DNA of 39,867 bases from a virus (Duplodnaviria > Heunggongvirae > Uroviricota > Caudoviricetes), in the IMG/VR virus record IMGVR_UViG_2579778622_000004. One strand, 5' to 3'. Below the pieces are notes generated by a model. The model worked only from the letters and a program-made list of their open reading frames with translations. It searched no databases and had not been told where the DNA came from. The position numbers and the translations under genes are program-made. Below are positions 1-8,696 of this stretch, piece after piece. The first letter of the stretch is position 1. Every line of letters begins with the position of its first letter.

Positions 1-698
1 ATGCGAATGCCAGCGGCGCTTGCTGATTCTTCATATGCGCGTTTAGCAGCGTTAAGGATTGCTGCCAGTGGCGTATAGCCGCCATCCATTCGGATTGTGT
101 TGTGGATGCCAGCCATTGTGTCGCGCAATTTGCTGTGGCTAGCAGACAGTTCTGCAATGCGCTTCTCTGCGGCTTCCAGCGCCGCAACCAATTCGTCTAC
201 AGTTCCGGCAGCTTGCAGTGCGTAATCGGTAATAGACATCTCATGATCAATTTCAGTACCGTTCTCATTAGTTGAGGTGATAGCAAAATAATCAGAGTCG
301 ATTTCGTTATCAGCTAAGTGGCGTAGCGTATCGGCAACAAGCTGACCGTTTTCGATTAACAGCTTCCCTACCGTTAGCGCAATATCCTCGTTCTCCTGAT
401 CGCGGCGTTTTATGTATTGCTGGTTTCTTTCCAGTTCATCCAGTAATGCCGTCACGGTAGCTGGATTGGCTGCGGCGATGAATTCAGCATTGGCCTGCTG
501 TTCTATTTGGAAATCTTCATCGAAACCGCTTTCAGGATGCGCTCCTTCAATTCTGCAAATGGGAATATATCCAGCAACTTCACGATGAATTAGCGCATCA
601 TCACCATCAAATCGGCTCTTTCCATATTCGAGCGACCACTCGCCACACGTTGCTTTTTCTGCCTTAGCACGCAGTGCCTGATAATCAATCTTGCTCAC
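1..698 (-). CDS. Ead/Ea22-like protein, paralogue 1 (3' end runs off the window)
   Basis: GTG start at 698 preceded by AAGGAGG; N-terminus VSKIDYQALRAKAEKATCGEW and FIAAANPATVTALLDEL resemble Ead/Ea22-family signature; open frame to position 1; GTGA stop/start overlap with upstream ORF. Confidence 0.5.
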   Translation of the reverse strand, partial: MSKIDYQALRAKAEKATCGEWSLEYGKSRFDGDDALIHREVAGYIPICRIEGAHPESGFDEDFQIEQQANAEFIAAANPATVTALLDELERNQQYIKRRDQENEDIALTVGKLLIENGQLVADTLRHLADNEIDSDYFAITSTNENGTEIDHEMSITDYALQAAGTVDELVAALEAAEKRIAELSASHSKLRDTMAGIHNTIRMDGGYTPLAAILNAAKRAYEESASAAGIR

Positions 699-1408
699 TG
701 GTTGCCTCCTTTGCGAAGCTGGGCAGCAAAGTCAACTAACCACTCAGTCATTTCAACCTTCCCTACCAGGTCTGAACCAGGGTGCATACAGCAATCACTC
801 TGCGCCGCTTTGAAATCCTTATACTCATATTCTTGGGCCACCAGATTTTTTGCAGCTTCTATAGCAGCATCCACCCCCTGCGCCCGAACTTCAGCCAGGA
901 AAGCGTCGGTGGCTGGAATTTGCGGCATCCCTCCGTCTGTTGCGCAGATATACGCATCAGATATTTCATCCTGCTGGCCATCAAACACGTAGCAACAGCC
1001 CCTGATAAACAGCTTCATTGAGGCATTCTCCACTGCCAGCGCCGTGCGATTACCATCCAGCTCTGCAATGCGCTGTTTTGCGGCATCCAGTTCAATCGAC
1101 AATTTTTCCAACTGCTCTTGATGCTTCTTGTATTCCTGATATGCGTGCCAAGACTGACCTTTGCGCACACTATCAGTGATATCAGTAATCTGTTCTGGTG
1201 TTAGCGTGGTCAGTGGCTGTGATGGGAAAATAAGCACTTTCCCGGAATCCCAATCAAAACCAGCGTGAATTGACTGAACCTCAACTGAAGGTGTTGAACC
1301 AATGCTGCCAGGCGAATGAACAACGATTGTTACATCCATATCGCGACGATGGCTGTGGTTGTTGGACAAAATACGATTCACCAACTCAGAAAATTTGGAA
1401 AATTTCAT
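695..1408 (-). CDS. Hypothetical protein; C-terminal half shared with Ead-like paralogues, different N-terminus
   Basis: 237-aa ORF; shares PATDAFLAE(V/I)RA segment and terminal QLRKGGNQ tail with 1692..2393; ATGA overlap with upstream ORF. Confidence 0.5.
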   Translation of the reverse strand: MKFSKFSELVNRILSNNHSHRRDMDVTIVVHSPGSIGSTPSVEVQSIHAGFDWDSGKVLIFPSQPLTTLTPEQITDITDSVRKGQSWHAYQEYKKHQEQLEKLSIELDAAKQRIAELDGNRTALAVENASMKLFIRGCCYVFDGQQDEISDAYICATDGGMPQIPATDAFLAEVRAQGVDAAIEAAKNLVAQEYEYKDFKAAQSDCCMHPGSDLVGKVEMTEWLVDFAAQLRKGGNQ

Positions 1409-1695
1409 GCTGATTCCCCTTTCTCTGCTCTCTCCTGTCGGAACATCACTATCATCAGGTCGCCTTTTGTCGCTATCCTGGCTGTTGTACCTGGTTCAAT
1501 GCGGCTAAGCTCAAATGCGTCATAGAACGCTTCTAATGCCTTCTGGCGTAGTTCCTGTTTGCGCCGTTTTTTCCACTGTTTTAGGAAAATGGAACCCAGC
1601 CATCGCCATGTACGGGACATGATGTAAAGCCAACCGAGAAGTGCCAGACCGGTATTTAGGAGCGTATCGATCGTTATTGTCGTGTCGATATTCAC
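1405..1695 (-). CDS. Small membrane protein
   Basis: GTG start at 1695 in GTGA overlap with upstream stop, RBS AAGGAAG; hydrophobic segment LLNTGLALLGWLYIM; ORF track gives longer 1405..1728 version. Confidence 0.4.
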   Translation of the reverse strand: MNIDTTITIDTLLNTGLALLGWLYIMSRTWRWLGSIFLKQWKKRRKQELRQKALEAFYDAFELSRIEPGTTARIATKGDLMIVMFRQERAEKGESA

Positions 1696-2393
1696 TGGCT
1701 GCTTCCTTTGCGAATCTGTTCCGCCCATTCTTCAAGGGATTTCTCCGCATATTCACCAGACAGGCCATCAATCGGATGCGCTTCATTAGCCAACTCTTCT
1801 TTCGCTGACAAAATCATGCGTGTAACGTCGAAAACTTCACGCAAAGACTTATTGATAAATCCGTGATTGAACGCAGCAGCAAGACGGCTGGCGGTATAGT
1901 TAATCCCCTCGTTGCGTGCTTCCGCACGAATTTCAGCCAGAAAAGCATCGGTAGCTGGAGTTTCGCTGTGGTGTAGGGCATCGTTGATAATCATTGCAGC
2001 AACACCAGCCTGCCCTGCATCCGTGACCGACACATGCTCAAGAGTTACGGCCATTGCGTGTTTCAGCCCGGCGTTCTCTGCCACCAGCGCCGCGAGCTTA
2101 GTCTCAAGCGGTGCTATTCGGCACATAGCATCAATATTTGTGTCCTCCAGGCGCTTAATTTCACCAAGTAGCGCCAGTGCAACCTTTGGGTTGAATGCGG
2201 CAACATAACGAGCGTTGTTCTCTGCGTTTTTCAGCCCATCAAAGCCGGTCCATTTGATAACATCTTCACATCGTTTATCACCGGGCGTATGCACCGCATA
2301 CGTACCAGTACCCGGCGAAATAAATGCGACCCATTCGCCCTGTGTTGCCTGTTTTGCTATCTCACGCAGTGCCCGGTAATTAATTTTGCTCAC
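1692..2393 (-). CDS. Ead/Ea22-like protein, paralogue 2
   Basis: GTG start at 2393 with AAGGAGG RBS (ORF track extends to 2429 but without RBS); N-terminus VSKINYRALREIAKQATQGEW, AAFNPKVALALLGEI; ends AEQIRKGSSQ. Confidence 0.5.
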   Translation of the reverse strand: MSKINYRALREIAKQATQGEWVAFISPGTGTYAVHTPGDKRCEDVIKWTGFDGLKNAENNARYVAAFNPKVALALLGEIKRLEDTNIDAMCRIAPLETKLAALVAENAGLKHAMAVTLEHVSVTDAGQAGVAAMIINDALHHSETPATDAFLAEIRAEARNEGINYTASRLAAAFNHGFINKSLREVFDVTRMILSAKEELANEAHPIDGLSGEYAEKSLEEWAEQIRKGSSQ

Positions 2394-2629
2394 TGGCTGC
2401 CTCCTTTGCGGAGTTGCGCTTCGATGCACGAAAAAAAAGACTCCCGAGTATGACTGTTAAGAGCTGGTGCGAACGCCGCGTTAAGAACGGCAGCATCACA
2501 GCCGTCATCAATATAGAGCGCAATTTTTTTCTCCAGGCGCGCTTTGGCTTCCTGCAACTGCATACCCCGGCACGCACGCGGGATATAATCAGCAATTTGA
2601 GCGATAGCTTTTTCGTTCTGTTTAAACAT
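2390..2629 (-). CDS. Hypothetical small protein (79 aa) ending in the shared QLRKGGSQ tail
   Basis: ORF with GAGGTG RBS; stop overlaps GTG of next gene. Confidence 0.35.
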   Translation of the reverse strand: MFKQNEKAIAQIADYIPRACRGMQLQEAKARLEKKIALYIDDGCDAAVLNAAFAPALNSHTRESFFSCIEAQLRKGGSQ

Positions 2630-2825
2630 GCTTCACCTCGATAGGCTTGATGGTGTCTAACAGCAGTCGACGGCGCGTATTTTCTGCAAAGTGGCGGCGT
2701 CCGGTATCTTTGTGGTAAAACTCATTTTTGCCGACGACCCACATCCGCTCTGTTTGGTGCAGTTTTTTTACCTGCGGACCGTCTTTGGTGATCACGGTGC
2801 CGGTATGGGTTTTTACGATTGTCAT
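2622..2825 (-). CDS. Hypothetical small basic protein (67 aa)
   Basis: ORF in operon context; 8-nt overlap with downstream start. Confidence 0.35.
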   Translation of the reverse strand: MTIVKTHTGTVITKDGPQVKKLHQTERMWVVGKNEFYHKDTGRRHFAENTRRRLLLDTIKPIEVKHV

Positions 2826-2908
2826 GCCACTACCTATTCGAACAGATGAACGAGACAGGCTGATGCTCGTCCACCTGAAAAACTGACGATTTGATGCATA
2901 CTCACGGT

Positions 2909-3637
2909 TTATTCCTGAATGCGCTTAAACTCGATTACCCACACCCAGGGATTAGCGTTCCAGCTTTCTTCACCATAGATGGATTCCCACAGGCGCTGGA
3001 ACGCAACCTTGGCCATTGCGAAATCCCCCTTGGGAGTAAGGAATGTTCCCGGGTGATCAGGAAGCAAACTTCCAGCAGGCGGAACGCCCTCAGCCCTTGC
3101 ATCGCATTCGCTGATATCGTTCAACCGTTCAACGCGCACGTTGGTAATTTCCAACAGAATGCGTGATGCCCATCGCGGCATGTGAATTGATGGACGCCAC
3201 CCACCATCAAACTTTTCATTCACAGTGTGAGGTTTCCAGTCGGCATCATCGGGTATCGACCATAAGCCGTAATCACCAGGTTTTTGCTCGCAACTGGCCC
3301 GATAAATCCTTGCTGCGTTCTTCTCATCGCCACGACAAAGGTTGTCGTTCCAGTCCACACTGCAACCATCCTCATTGCCTAATATCGCCCATGTTTCACG
3401 AACCCAAATTCGATCGCCGACGATACCAAAGGGGCAATTGAAAACACTGCTTACACCATCAGCCCCGTACCACTGAAAACCTGCACCAATTTCCCTAACC
3501 ATCACTGGTGCTTCTGGACCAACTTCCGCAGGCTGATTTTTCATTATCCGCCGCGTCTGCGTTTTCCTTCCTTCGAGGATGGCTCGGACCATCTCATCGT
3601 TGAAAATCATGCCGCGCTCTTTCACTTCGCCTTTCAT
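2909..3637 (-). CDS. ASCH/PUA-like domain protein with extra C-terminal domain
   Basis: N-terminus MIFNDEMVRAILEGRKTQTRR matches the ASCH-domain opening motif as I recall it; 242 aa. Confidence 0.45.
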   Translation of the reverse strand: MKGEVKERGMIFNDEMVRAILEGRKTQTRRIMKNQPAEVGPEAPVMVREIGAGFQWYGADGVSSVFNCPFGIVGDRIWVRETWAILGNEDGCSVDWNDNLCRGDEKNAARIYRASCEQKPGDYGLWSIPDDADWKPHTVNEKFDGGWRPSIHMPRWASRILLEITNVRVERLNDISECDARAEGVPPAGSLLPDHPGTFLTPKGDFAMAKVAFQRLWESIYGEESWNANPWVWVIEFKRIQE

Positions 3638-3646
3638 GCATCCCCC

Positions 3647-3733
3647 TTACCCATGCGCGACGATGCCGCCAAAAGTGATAGAGAACAGCCAGAAATAGAT
3701 CGCGGCCATAATGATTTTGAATGCCGTGTTCAT
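3647..3733 (-). CDS. Small hydrophobic peptide (28 aa), single predicted transmembrane helix
   Basis: ATG at 3733 preceded by CAGGAGCTG; MNTAFKIIMAAIYFWLFSITFGGIVAHG; not in supplied ORF track (below size cutoff). Confidence 0.3.
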   Translation of the reverse strand: MNTAFKIIMAAIYFWLFSITFGGIVAHG

Positions 3734-3815
3734 ATTTTCAGCTCCTGTGATTGATTGGATACATGCCGCGCCTTACGGCATGTTTTTATTTTCACTTTCT
3801 CTGTTTTAAAAATCA

Positions 3816-3832
3816 AGATTTATTAGAGCAAT
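3816..3832 (-). promoter_or_regulatory. C1-type operator (16/17 match to ATTGCTCTAATAAATTT)
   Basis: Reverse complement of 3816..3832 is ATTGCTCTAATAAATCT; lies between HAD gene stop and the small-peptide/ASCH operon. Confidence 0.55.
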
Positions 3833-4338
3833 TATTGTTGATGTAGAAGCGCGTTTTCATACTCCCTGACCATTAACGTAAGTACGCCGTGACTCCTGAA
3901 AACACGCGCCACTTCAATCTTATCTTCCAGCGCGAACGCAATTTTACTTAGACCAATTTTCTTCAGGAGATCAATCTTTGCTGGACCGTCATTTCTGTCA
4001 TCGGTGGCAGGACGCATAGATAGCAAAGGCTCCGCCCCATTTGTTACGTGCTTACGCAACCAGGCTCGTGTTTTATCCCTGGCTATCTCACAGCGCCCGG
4101 TTACAAACCAGAGGGTGTAAATGCCGGACAACTGGCGCACCATATCAATAACTGGAGTGATGGGAGCATCAGTGTCACAGGCAAGGTTAAACTCGTTCCA
4201 GTGCTCTGTTAATGCACCTTTGCCAGGTGGTGGAAGTAAATGCAGCCTGTCTTCCGTTGCCTCTGATATCGTCCCATCAATATCTACTATGACGATGTAC
4301 GGACGTTCCTGGTGTGCGTGTTTATTGAAAATACTCAA
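3832..4338 (-). CDS. HAD-superfamily phosphatase-like protein
   Basis: 168 aa; motif I VIVDIDGTI (DxDGT), downstream conserved T/K/acidic motifs. Confidence 0.55.
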   Translation of the reverse strand: MSIFNKHAHQERPYIVIVDIDGTISEATEDRLHLLPPPGKGALTEHWNEFNLACDTDAPITPVIDMVRQLSGIYTLWFVTGRCEIARDKTRAWLRKHVTNGAEPLLSMRPATDDRNDGPAKIDLLKKIGLSKIAFALEDKIEVARVFRSHGVLTLMVREYENALLHQQ

Positions 4339-4410
4339 ATGCCCTCCTCATTGGACGAAAAAAATGCTGGTGGGCGCACTCCACCAGCATTAAATGTGAC
4401 ACTGTAACTA

Positions 4411-5673
4411 TCAGCGAACGTAAATAGTGCCGCCGTTCTCTTTTTCCCATGCATCGCTAAGTGCATAGCAAACATCAAGAAGTCTTCTTGCCGCTGTTTC
4501 CTCTAAACCCAATTCGACAACCAACTGCTCATGACGGCGGGTAACCACATCAAACAGGGTATGCAGCCCTTTAGTTGCCAGATCATCAATGAATTCCGGT
4601 TCGAACGGCAGCTCTACCTCTGCCAACATAACCTCTTGCGCCCACTCAACTCGACGGACCAGTTCCGGGCGGCGGCTTTCCATCTCTTTACAGATCAATT
4701 CATGGAAGAACTCTACCCAACCTTCCGGCTGGAACTCGCGGAAAATTGCCAACGGCTGGAAGTTTGGCATCAACCATTCGTTGATCCGGATATCAATGGC
4801 ATAGCCCATGTCGCAGCAGAACTGATAAGCAAAGTCCAGCTTAGAAACGATATAAGGACGCTCGTTATTGAACTCTTTAGGCGATGAGATCCCATAAGCC
4901 AGGAGGCGCGGGAAGAAGGAGATTTGCCCTAACGTCGGATGAAGTTTGCTTGCAGGGAAACGGCGCTCAGTAATGCCATACATTTCCTTCTTGAGCGTCG
5001 CAAATTTGGCATTCTCATTAACCAGCGCGGTAACCTCTGCTTTTTTATTAGCAAATGCCACGCGCGCTTCGCTTGCATCTTTAATAGTTTTTTTGAGCTG
5101 TTGGTTAAGGTCGGCGACCTGCTTACGCAGTTCCTGTCGCTCGCTTTTAGCTTTGTTATAGCGTTTCTCAAGGTTAAAAGGATCAAGTTTCATGATCTCT
5201 TTATATTGAGATTTTAGCGTTGAAATCTGTGAGTTCCGCAGTTCAACCATCGCGGTCATTTCATTGAGTTTTGTTTCCAGCTCAATGCTTATACGTTCGG
5301 CATTATCAGCACGCTGGTTGGCGTCATGCGTCGCATCGTCGATCGCGTCCTGTTGCTGGCGTTTCAAATGTTCAATTTGCAGCTGAAGCTCTTCAATTTC
5401 TTTACCCTTCAGACCGAGATCCAACTGCATATTTTCAGCTGCATCTACCAGGGAGTTATGGCTATCAGCTTCTGCGTTATAAACATCAATAAGCTGTGCG
5501 TGAAGCATCTCCGCTGACTGAACCGCATTATCAAAAAAACGTGCTGTGAGGTCATCACAACTAACGCGGCGTTGCGCGGCCCGGATGTTCTGGATAATGG
5601 CCGGGATACCGGCATTCAGGACATCAGGGATAGATACATTTTCGATTGATTGGTTTTGTGCTGAAGTGCTCAT
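4411..5673 (-). CDS. Coiled-coil protein of unknown function (420 aa)
   Basis: Long heptad-like charged central region (approx aa 90-240) and Cys/Trp-containing C-terminal domain; no recognisable catalytic motif. Confidence 0.6.
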   Translation of the reverse strand: MSTSAQNQSIENVSIPDVLNAGIPAIIQNIRAAQRRVSCDDLTARFFDNAVQSAEMLHAQLIDVYNAEADSHNSLVDAAENMQLDLGLKGKEIEELQLQIEHLKRQQQDAIDDATHDANQRADNAERISIELETKLNEMTAMVELRNSQISTLKSQYKEIMKLDPFNLEKRYNKAKSERQELRKQVADLNQQLKKTIKDASEARVAFANKKAEVTALVNENAKFATLKKEMYGITERRFPASKLHPTLGQISFFPRLLAYGISSPKEFNNERPYIVSKLDFAYQFCCDMGYAIDIRINEWLMPNFQPLAIFREFQPEGWVEFFHELICKEMESRRPELVRRVEWAQEVMLAEVELPFEPEFIDDLATKGLHTLFDVVTRRHEQLVVELGLEETAARRLLDVCYALSDAWEKENGGTIYVR

Positions 5674-5674
5674 T

Positions 5675-5893
5675 TCAAAGTTCCGTATTAGCTTGTGCTT
5701 CGGTCATTTTTCCTAAGTATGAAGGAGGAAGGACTACGCAATTTGTATCCAGTCCCTCACCTATGGCAGCCTGTAAAATTCTGGCTAAGGTGAGTCTCTT
5801 GTTGCGATACCTGGTGATGACATGCCTGATACCGCCGGTCGGCGTAACAAAGGCGATCAGCCAGTAGTGATATTTCCGTCGGAATGGCCACAT
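5675..5893 (-). CDS. Hypothetical small protein (72 aa)
   Basis: ATG at 5893 with AAGGTG RBS; stop adjacent to next start. Confidence 0.35.
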   Translation of the reverse strand: MWPFRRKYHYWLIAFVTPTGGIRHVITRYRNKRLTLARILQAAIGEGLDTNCVVLPPSYLGKMTEAQANTEL

Positions 5894-5907
5894 AGTGCAC
5901 CTTGTAG

Positions 5908-5924
5908 ATTGCTCTAATAAAAAA
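5908..5924 (+). promoter_or_regulatory. C1-type operator (14/17)
   Basis: ATTGCTCTAATAAAAAA; overlaps left arm of hairpin. Confidence 0.45.
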
Positions 5925-5948
5925 CGTGATGAGTGTACATCACGTTTT
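5921..5948. terminator. Bidirectional rho-independent terminator-like hairpin
   Basis: AAAACGTGATG / CATCACGTTTT 11-bp inverted repeat with 6-nt loop, A-run before and T-run after on both strands. Confidence 0.55.
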
Positions 5949-5956
5949 AAAAATAT

Positions 5957-5973
5957 GGAATTATTAGAGCAAT
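5957..5973 (-). promoter_or_regulatory. C1-type operator (14/17)
   Basis: Reverse complement ATTGCTCTAATAATTCC; abuts stop of 5975..6676. Confidence 0.45.
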
Positions 5974-5974
5974 A

Positions 5975-6676
5975 TTATTCTGATTCTCGCTCAAAAAACG
6001 AGCTAATAAGGGGAAGCCAATCCTCTGACACTTCGCGAGGTCGCGGTTTGCCGTGGAAAAAGATTATTCGGCAGTCCTTTGGTAATGCCCCATTCCCCCT
6101 GGAGTAACGCGCGCTCGCATATTTTGAACCAGGTTCCACAACATCGGCCTTGTAACTTACAAACCATCCTGGATACAGATCCTGAAATGCTGGTGTATCA
6201 TCGCCCATAACCTTCCGTAAGAACCCCTGATCACCCCAGCACTCAGTAGTGACACAACGAGAAATCCAACCTTCCGGATCTTGCCAGAATGAACTCCAGA
6301 TATGCGCTTTAACACTATTTGGTATCCACAAGGCACCGCTGCCACGATATTGTGGATGGTAAAAATCCCTAAGCATGGTGAAGCTGGTTGGTGGATGCTC
6401 TAGGATTGGGCGTATATCACCGGCAATAACCGTGTCCAAATCCAGATAGAACAGATCATCGGTTATATCCGGTCGGAACAACTCGATTTTCGCCCACCAG
6501 CCACGGCACTTTTGCCACTGGTTGATCAATGGGACAACTTTGACGCCAGGTACATGTAAACGCTTCAGGTCTGTCAGGCAAATAATTTCATAGCCTTTTG
6601 GCAGTTGATTAACCAGCCACTGCACATCGGAAGCGTTATAGTCACCACCAGAGCGAAAAACTAAAGCAATCTTCAT
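5975..6676 (-). CDS. Putative GT-A-fold glycosyltransferase (DXD-type)
   Basis: 233 aa; [14 protein letters not shown]-terminus, LDLD acidic motif, GWWAKIELF; assignment by pattern only. Confidence 0.4.
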   Translation of the reverse strand: MKIALVFRSGGDYNASDVQWLVNQLPKGYEIICLTDLKRLHVPGVKVVPLINQWQKCRGWWAKIELFRPDITDDLFYLDLDTVIAGDIRPILEHPPTSFTMLRDFYHPQYRGSGALWIPNSVKAHIWSSFWQDPEGWISRCVTTECWGDQGFLRKVMGDDTPAFQDLYPGWFVSYKADVVEPGSKYASARYSRGNGALPKDCRIIFFHGKPRPREVSEDWLPLISSFFERESE

Positions 6677-7365
6677 GCTGCACCATCACCTTTCACTTTC
6701 ATCAATGTCAGGTTTCCGCAAAATACGGCACCAGTGTCGATATACTGCTGATTCCAGAATGTCTTCGGGCTTTTCACCGGAGTGTGACCAAAGATAAAAC
6801 GATCTGCGCCCGAAATTTCGCCACCAATATCATCCATCGAATCACTGATACGCTCGCGCGCCCAGACAACGTTGAAAAGCGGCACCTCCTTACCGAATTG
6901 GTATTCATTATCCGGATAGTCGGCATGGGCTATAACGATAGTTTCTTGCCCGGTGTTCAACTCAATGATATAGGGCAGACGCTTTACCAGCTCCACCAGC
7001 GCCCAGGCTAATATTTCCTGATCAGTGTCCAGCATGAAGAACCATTGTCCGCCATTCATTAGCCAGTTATTCACGTTGCCATCTGGACTTAACGCATCAA
7101 TCATCAGCCGCTCATGGTTCCCCATCACTGCCCTGAACCAGGGCATCTGCAATAGTTCCAGACATTCGACATTTTCAGTACCGCGATCGATAAGGTCGCC
7201 GACCGATATCAGTAAATCCTGCGCCGGGTCAAAATCCACACGATGGAGTTCGGACATCAGTCTGGTGTAGCAACCATGCAGATCACCAACAACCCAGACA
7301 TTCCTGTATTTGGTACCGTCGATACGGTGATAAATTGTGGGTGCCATCATGTATTCTTCAGCCAT
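6673..7365 (-). CDS. Ser/Thr protein phosphatase, lambda-PPase/PrpA-type metallophosphoesterase
   Basis: GDLHG, GDLIDRG, GNHE motifs in canonical order; ATGA overlap with downstream gene. Confidence 0.85.
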   Translation of the reverse strand: MAEEYMMAPTIYHRIDGTKYRNVWVVGDLHGCYTRLMSELHRVDFDPAQDLLISVGDLIDRGTENVECLELLQMPWFRAVMGNHERLMIDALSPDGNVNNWLMNGGQWFFMLDTDQEILAWALVELVKRLPYIIELNTGQETIVIAHADYPDNEYQFGKEVPLFNVVWARERISDSMDDIGGEISGADRFIFGHTPVKSPKTFWNQQYIDTGAVFCGNLTLMKVKGDGAA

Positions 7366-7973
7366 TCTTTAAGAGTCATCTGCGGAATACCTCCCATTTT
7401 CCCGCATGAAACAACGTCAATCCGTTCACGCGCAGACTGGAATAACAAAGGCAGGTGACTTAGATTTTTTGGCGTGCCGCCGGAGTGAACGCGTGGTTCT
7501 TGTGTAGCGTCAACGCCCACCAGGGCGACATGTTTGAATCCGATATGGAAAGCCAGGTTCAGAGCACCATATGCACTATTGCCGCTGGCAATTTCATTCT
7601 CATCTTCGCAAAGTCCGAAATGTGCGGACCAGCGCCACGCCCACCACTCGGGAGAATTCGTATTTTTTGGCTCCATGCCACGTTCAGCCACACGACGGAA
7701 GCACAGAACGCCGTCTCTGACTTCACGTTCTTTAACATCGGGTAGTGCCATGCAATAACAAACACCACGGCGACGGCGGCCACGACCAACGCGCCGCATA
7801 TTGTCTGGCGATGGATCAAGTGTGAAAAAATAAGAAGCGCGGTACAGCCAGTCGATGGCCCCATTGACCGCTATAATCGGCACTCCGCGCGGCGCAACAA
7901 AGTTTGCGGCGCTTGGGCCACTGCCGACGATAATAACGCGATCACTGCCTCTAAATTTATTCTTGGGAAACAT
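7347..7973 (-). CDS. GT42 (CstII)-like / DUF115-like nucleotide-sugar transferase-fold protein, paralogue A
   Basis: [13 protein letters not shown]...IIAVNGAI and [24 protein letters not shown] resemble CstII-type N-terminal Rossmann motif. Confidence 0.45.
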   Translation of the reverse strand: MFPKNKFRGSDRVIIVGSGPSAANFVAPRGVPIIAVNGAIDWLYRASYFFTLDPSPDNMRRVGRGRRRRGVCYCMALPDVKEREVRDGVLCFRRVAERGMEPKNTNSPEWWAWRWSAHFGLCEDENEIASGNSAYGALNLAFHIGFKHVALVGVDATQEPRVHSGGTPKNLSHLPLLFQSARERIDVVSCGKMGGIPQMTLKEWLKNT

Positions 7974-8533
7974 TGAATTGCACTGCTCCTACTTGCATTC
8001 AAAATATGTAAATCTGCGTGTTTTTTGCGGGTATCCAGGAACTGCTGTTGCCATTTTGAAATAGACACCTGCGTTGGATTCCGTAGGGCTTGAGGGTGCG
8101 CGCCATGCCAATGAAGGCCGTTTTGCAGAGAACAGTCATAGCCGACTAATACCACTACTTCAGCCCCTGATTCAGCAGCCAGACTGATAGCCTGCGCGCC
8201 GCTATTTACCCCTTCCGCCGGTCCACAATATCGCCTGTACTCCAACGAAAATGATTTCGCCGCCGCCAGGTTGGCTGTCACTTTGCGGAATCTCCCTCCC
8301 GGTATGGTGGATCCGTATTGCTTCCACCATGACAAATCACCGGCGTATAAGGCATAAATGTCATCGAACATCTGCCAGGAATTGTTAACCGCGATGATTG
8401 AACAGCCAGTTTTTTCTATAGCAGCACAGTCCTCACGAGTGAGTGACGGACCGCTACCGACACAAAAAACAGTCCTAGTCGCCCTGGGTGGTATGTTCAT
8501 TCTCAGCTGCAAATTCAGCCTCCAGGCGAGCAT
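7871..8533 (-). CDS. GT42 (CstII)-like / DUF115-like nucleotide-sugar transferase-fold protein, paralogue B
   Basis: VFCVGSGPSLTRED...IIAVNNS and NSGAQAISLAAESGAEVVVLVGYD; paralogous to 7347..7973. Confidence 0.45.
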   Translation of the reverse strand: MLAWRLNLQLRMNIPPRATRTVFCVGSGPSLTREDCAAIEKTGCSIIAVNNSWQMFDDIYALYAGDLSWWKQYGSTIPGGRFRKVTANLAAAKSFSLEYRRYCGPAEGVNSGAQAISLAAESGAEVVVLVGYDCSLQNGLHWHGAHPQALRNPTQVSISKWQQQFLDTRKKHADLHILNASRSSAIQCFPRINLEAVIALLSSAVAQAPQTLLRRAECRL

Positions 8534-8696
8534 TCATTTCAGCGATTACAGGGTCCACTACAGCATCTGTTTCCTGTTCATTACGCGGCATGATCGATGC
8601 CAGCGATTCATAATTAGCCTTGGATGACACGACTATTCTCCCGATGTTAATGTGCGCTATATCAAATGGCGCATATGTACTAATTAATTTATTATT

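Noticed and set aside
702-1021. Plus-strand ORFs 702..992 and 782..1021 (and similar antisense ORFs at 4531..4887, 4939..5217, 7025..7270, 20644..21108, 21425..22054 and others)
   Set aside because: They lie entirely inside longer opposite-strand genes with recognisable domains and RBS/overlap coupling; treated as shadow ORFs
1692-2429. Longer N-terminal extensions of track ORFs 1692..2429, 21662..22681, 25404..26345, 30035..31762
   Set aside because: Internal starts carry a clear RBS or stop/start coupling, or match homologue length (RdgC about 303 aa); extended versions overlap upstream genes without RBS
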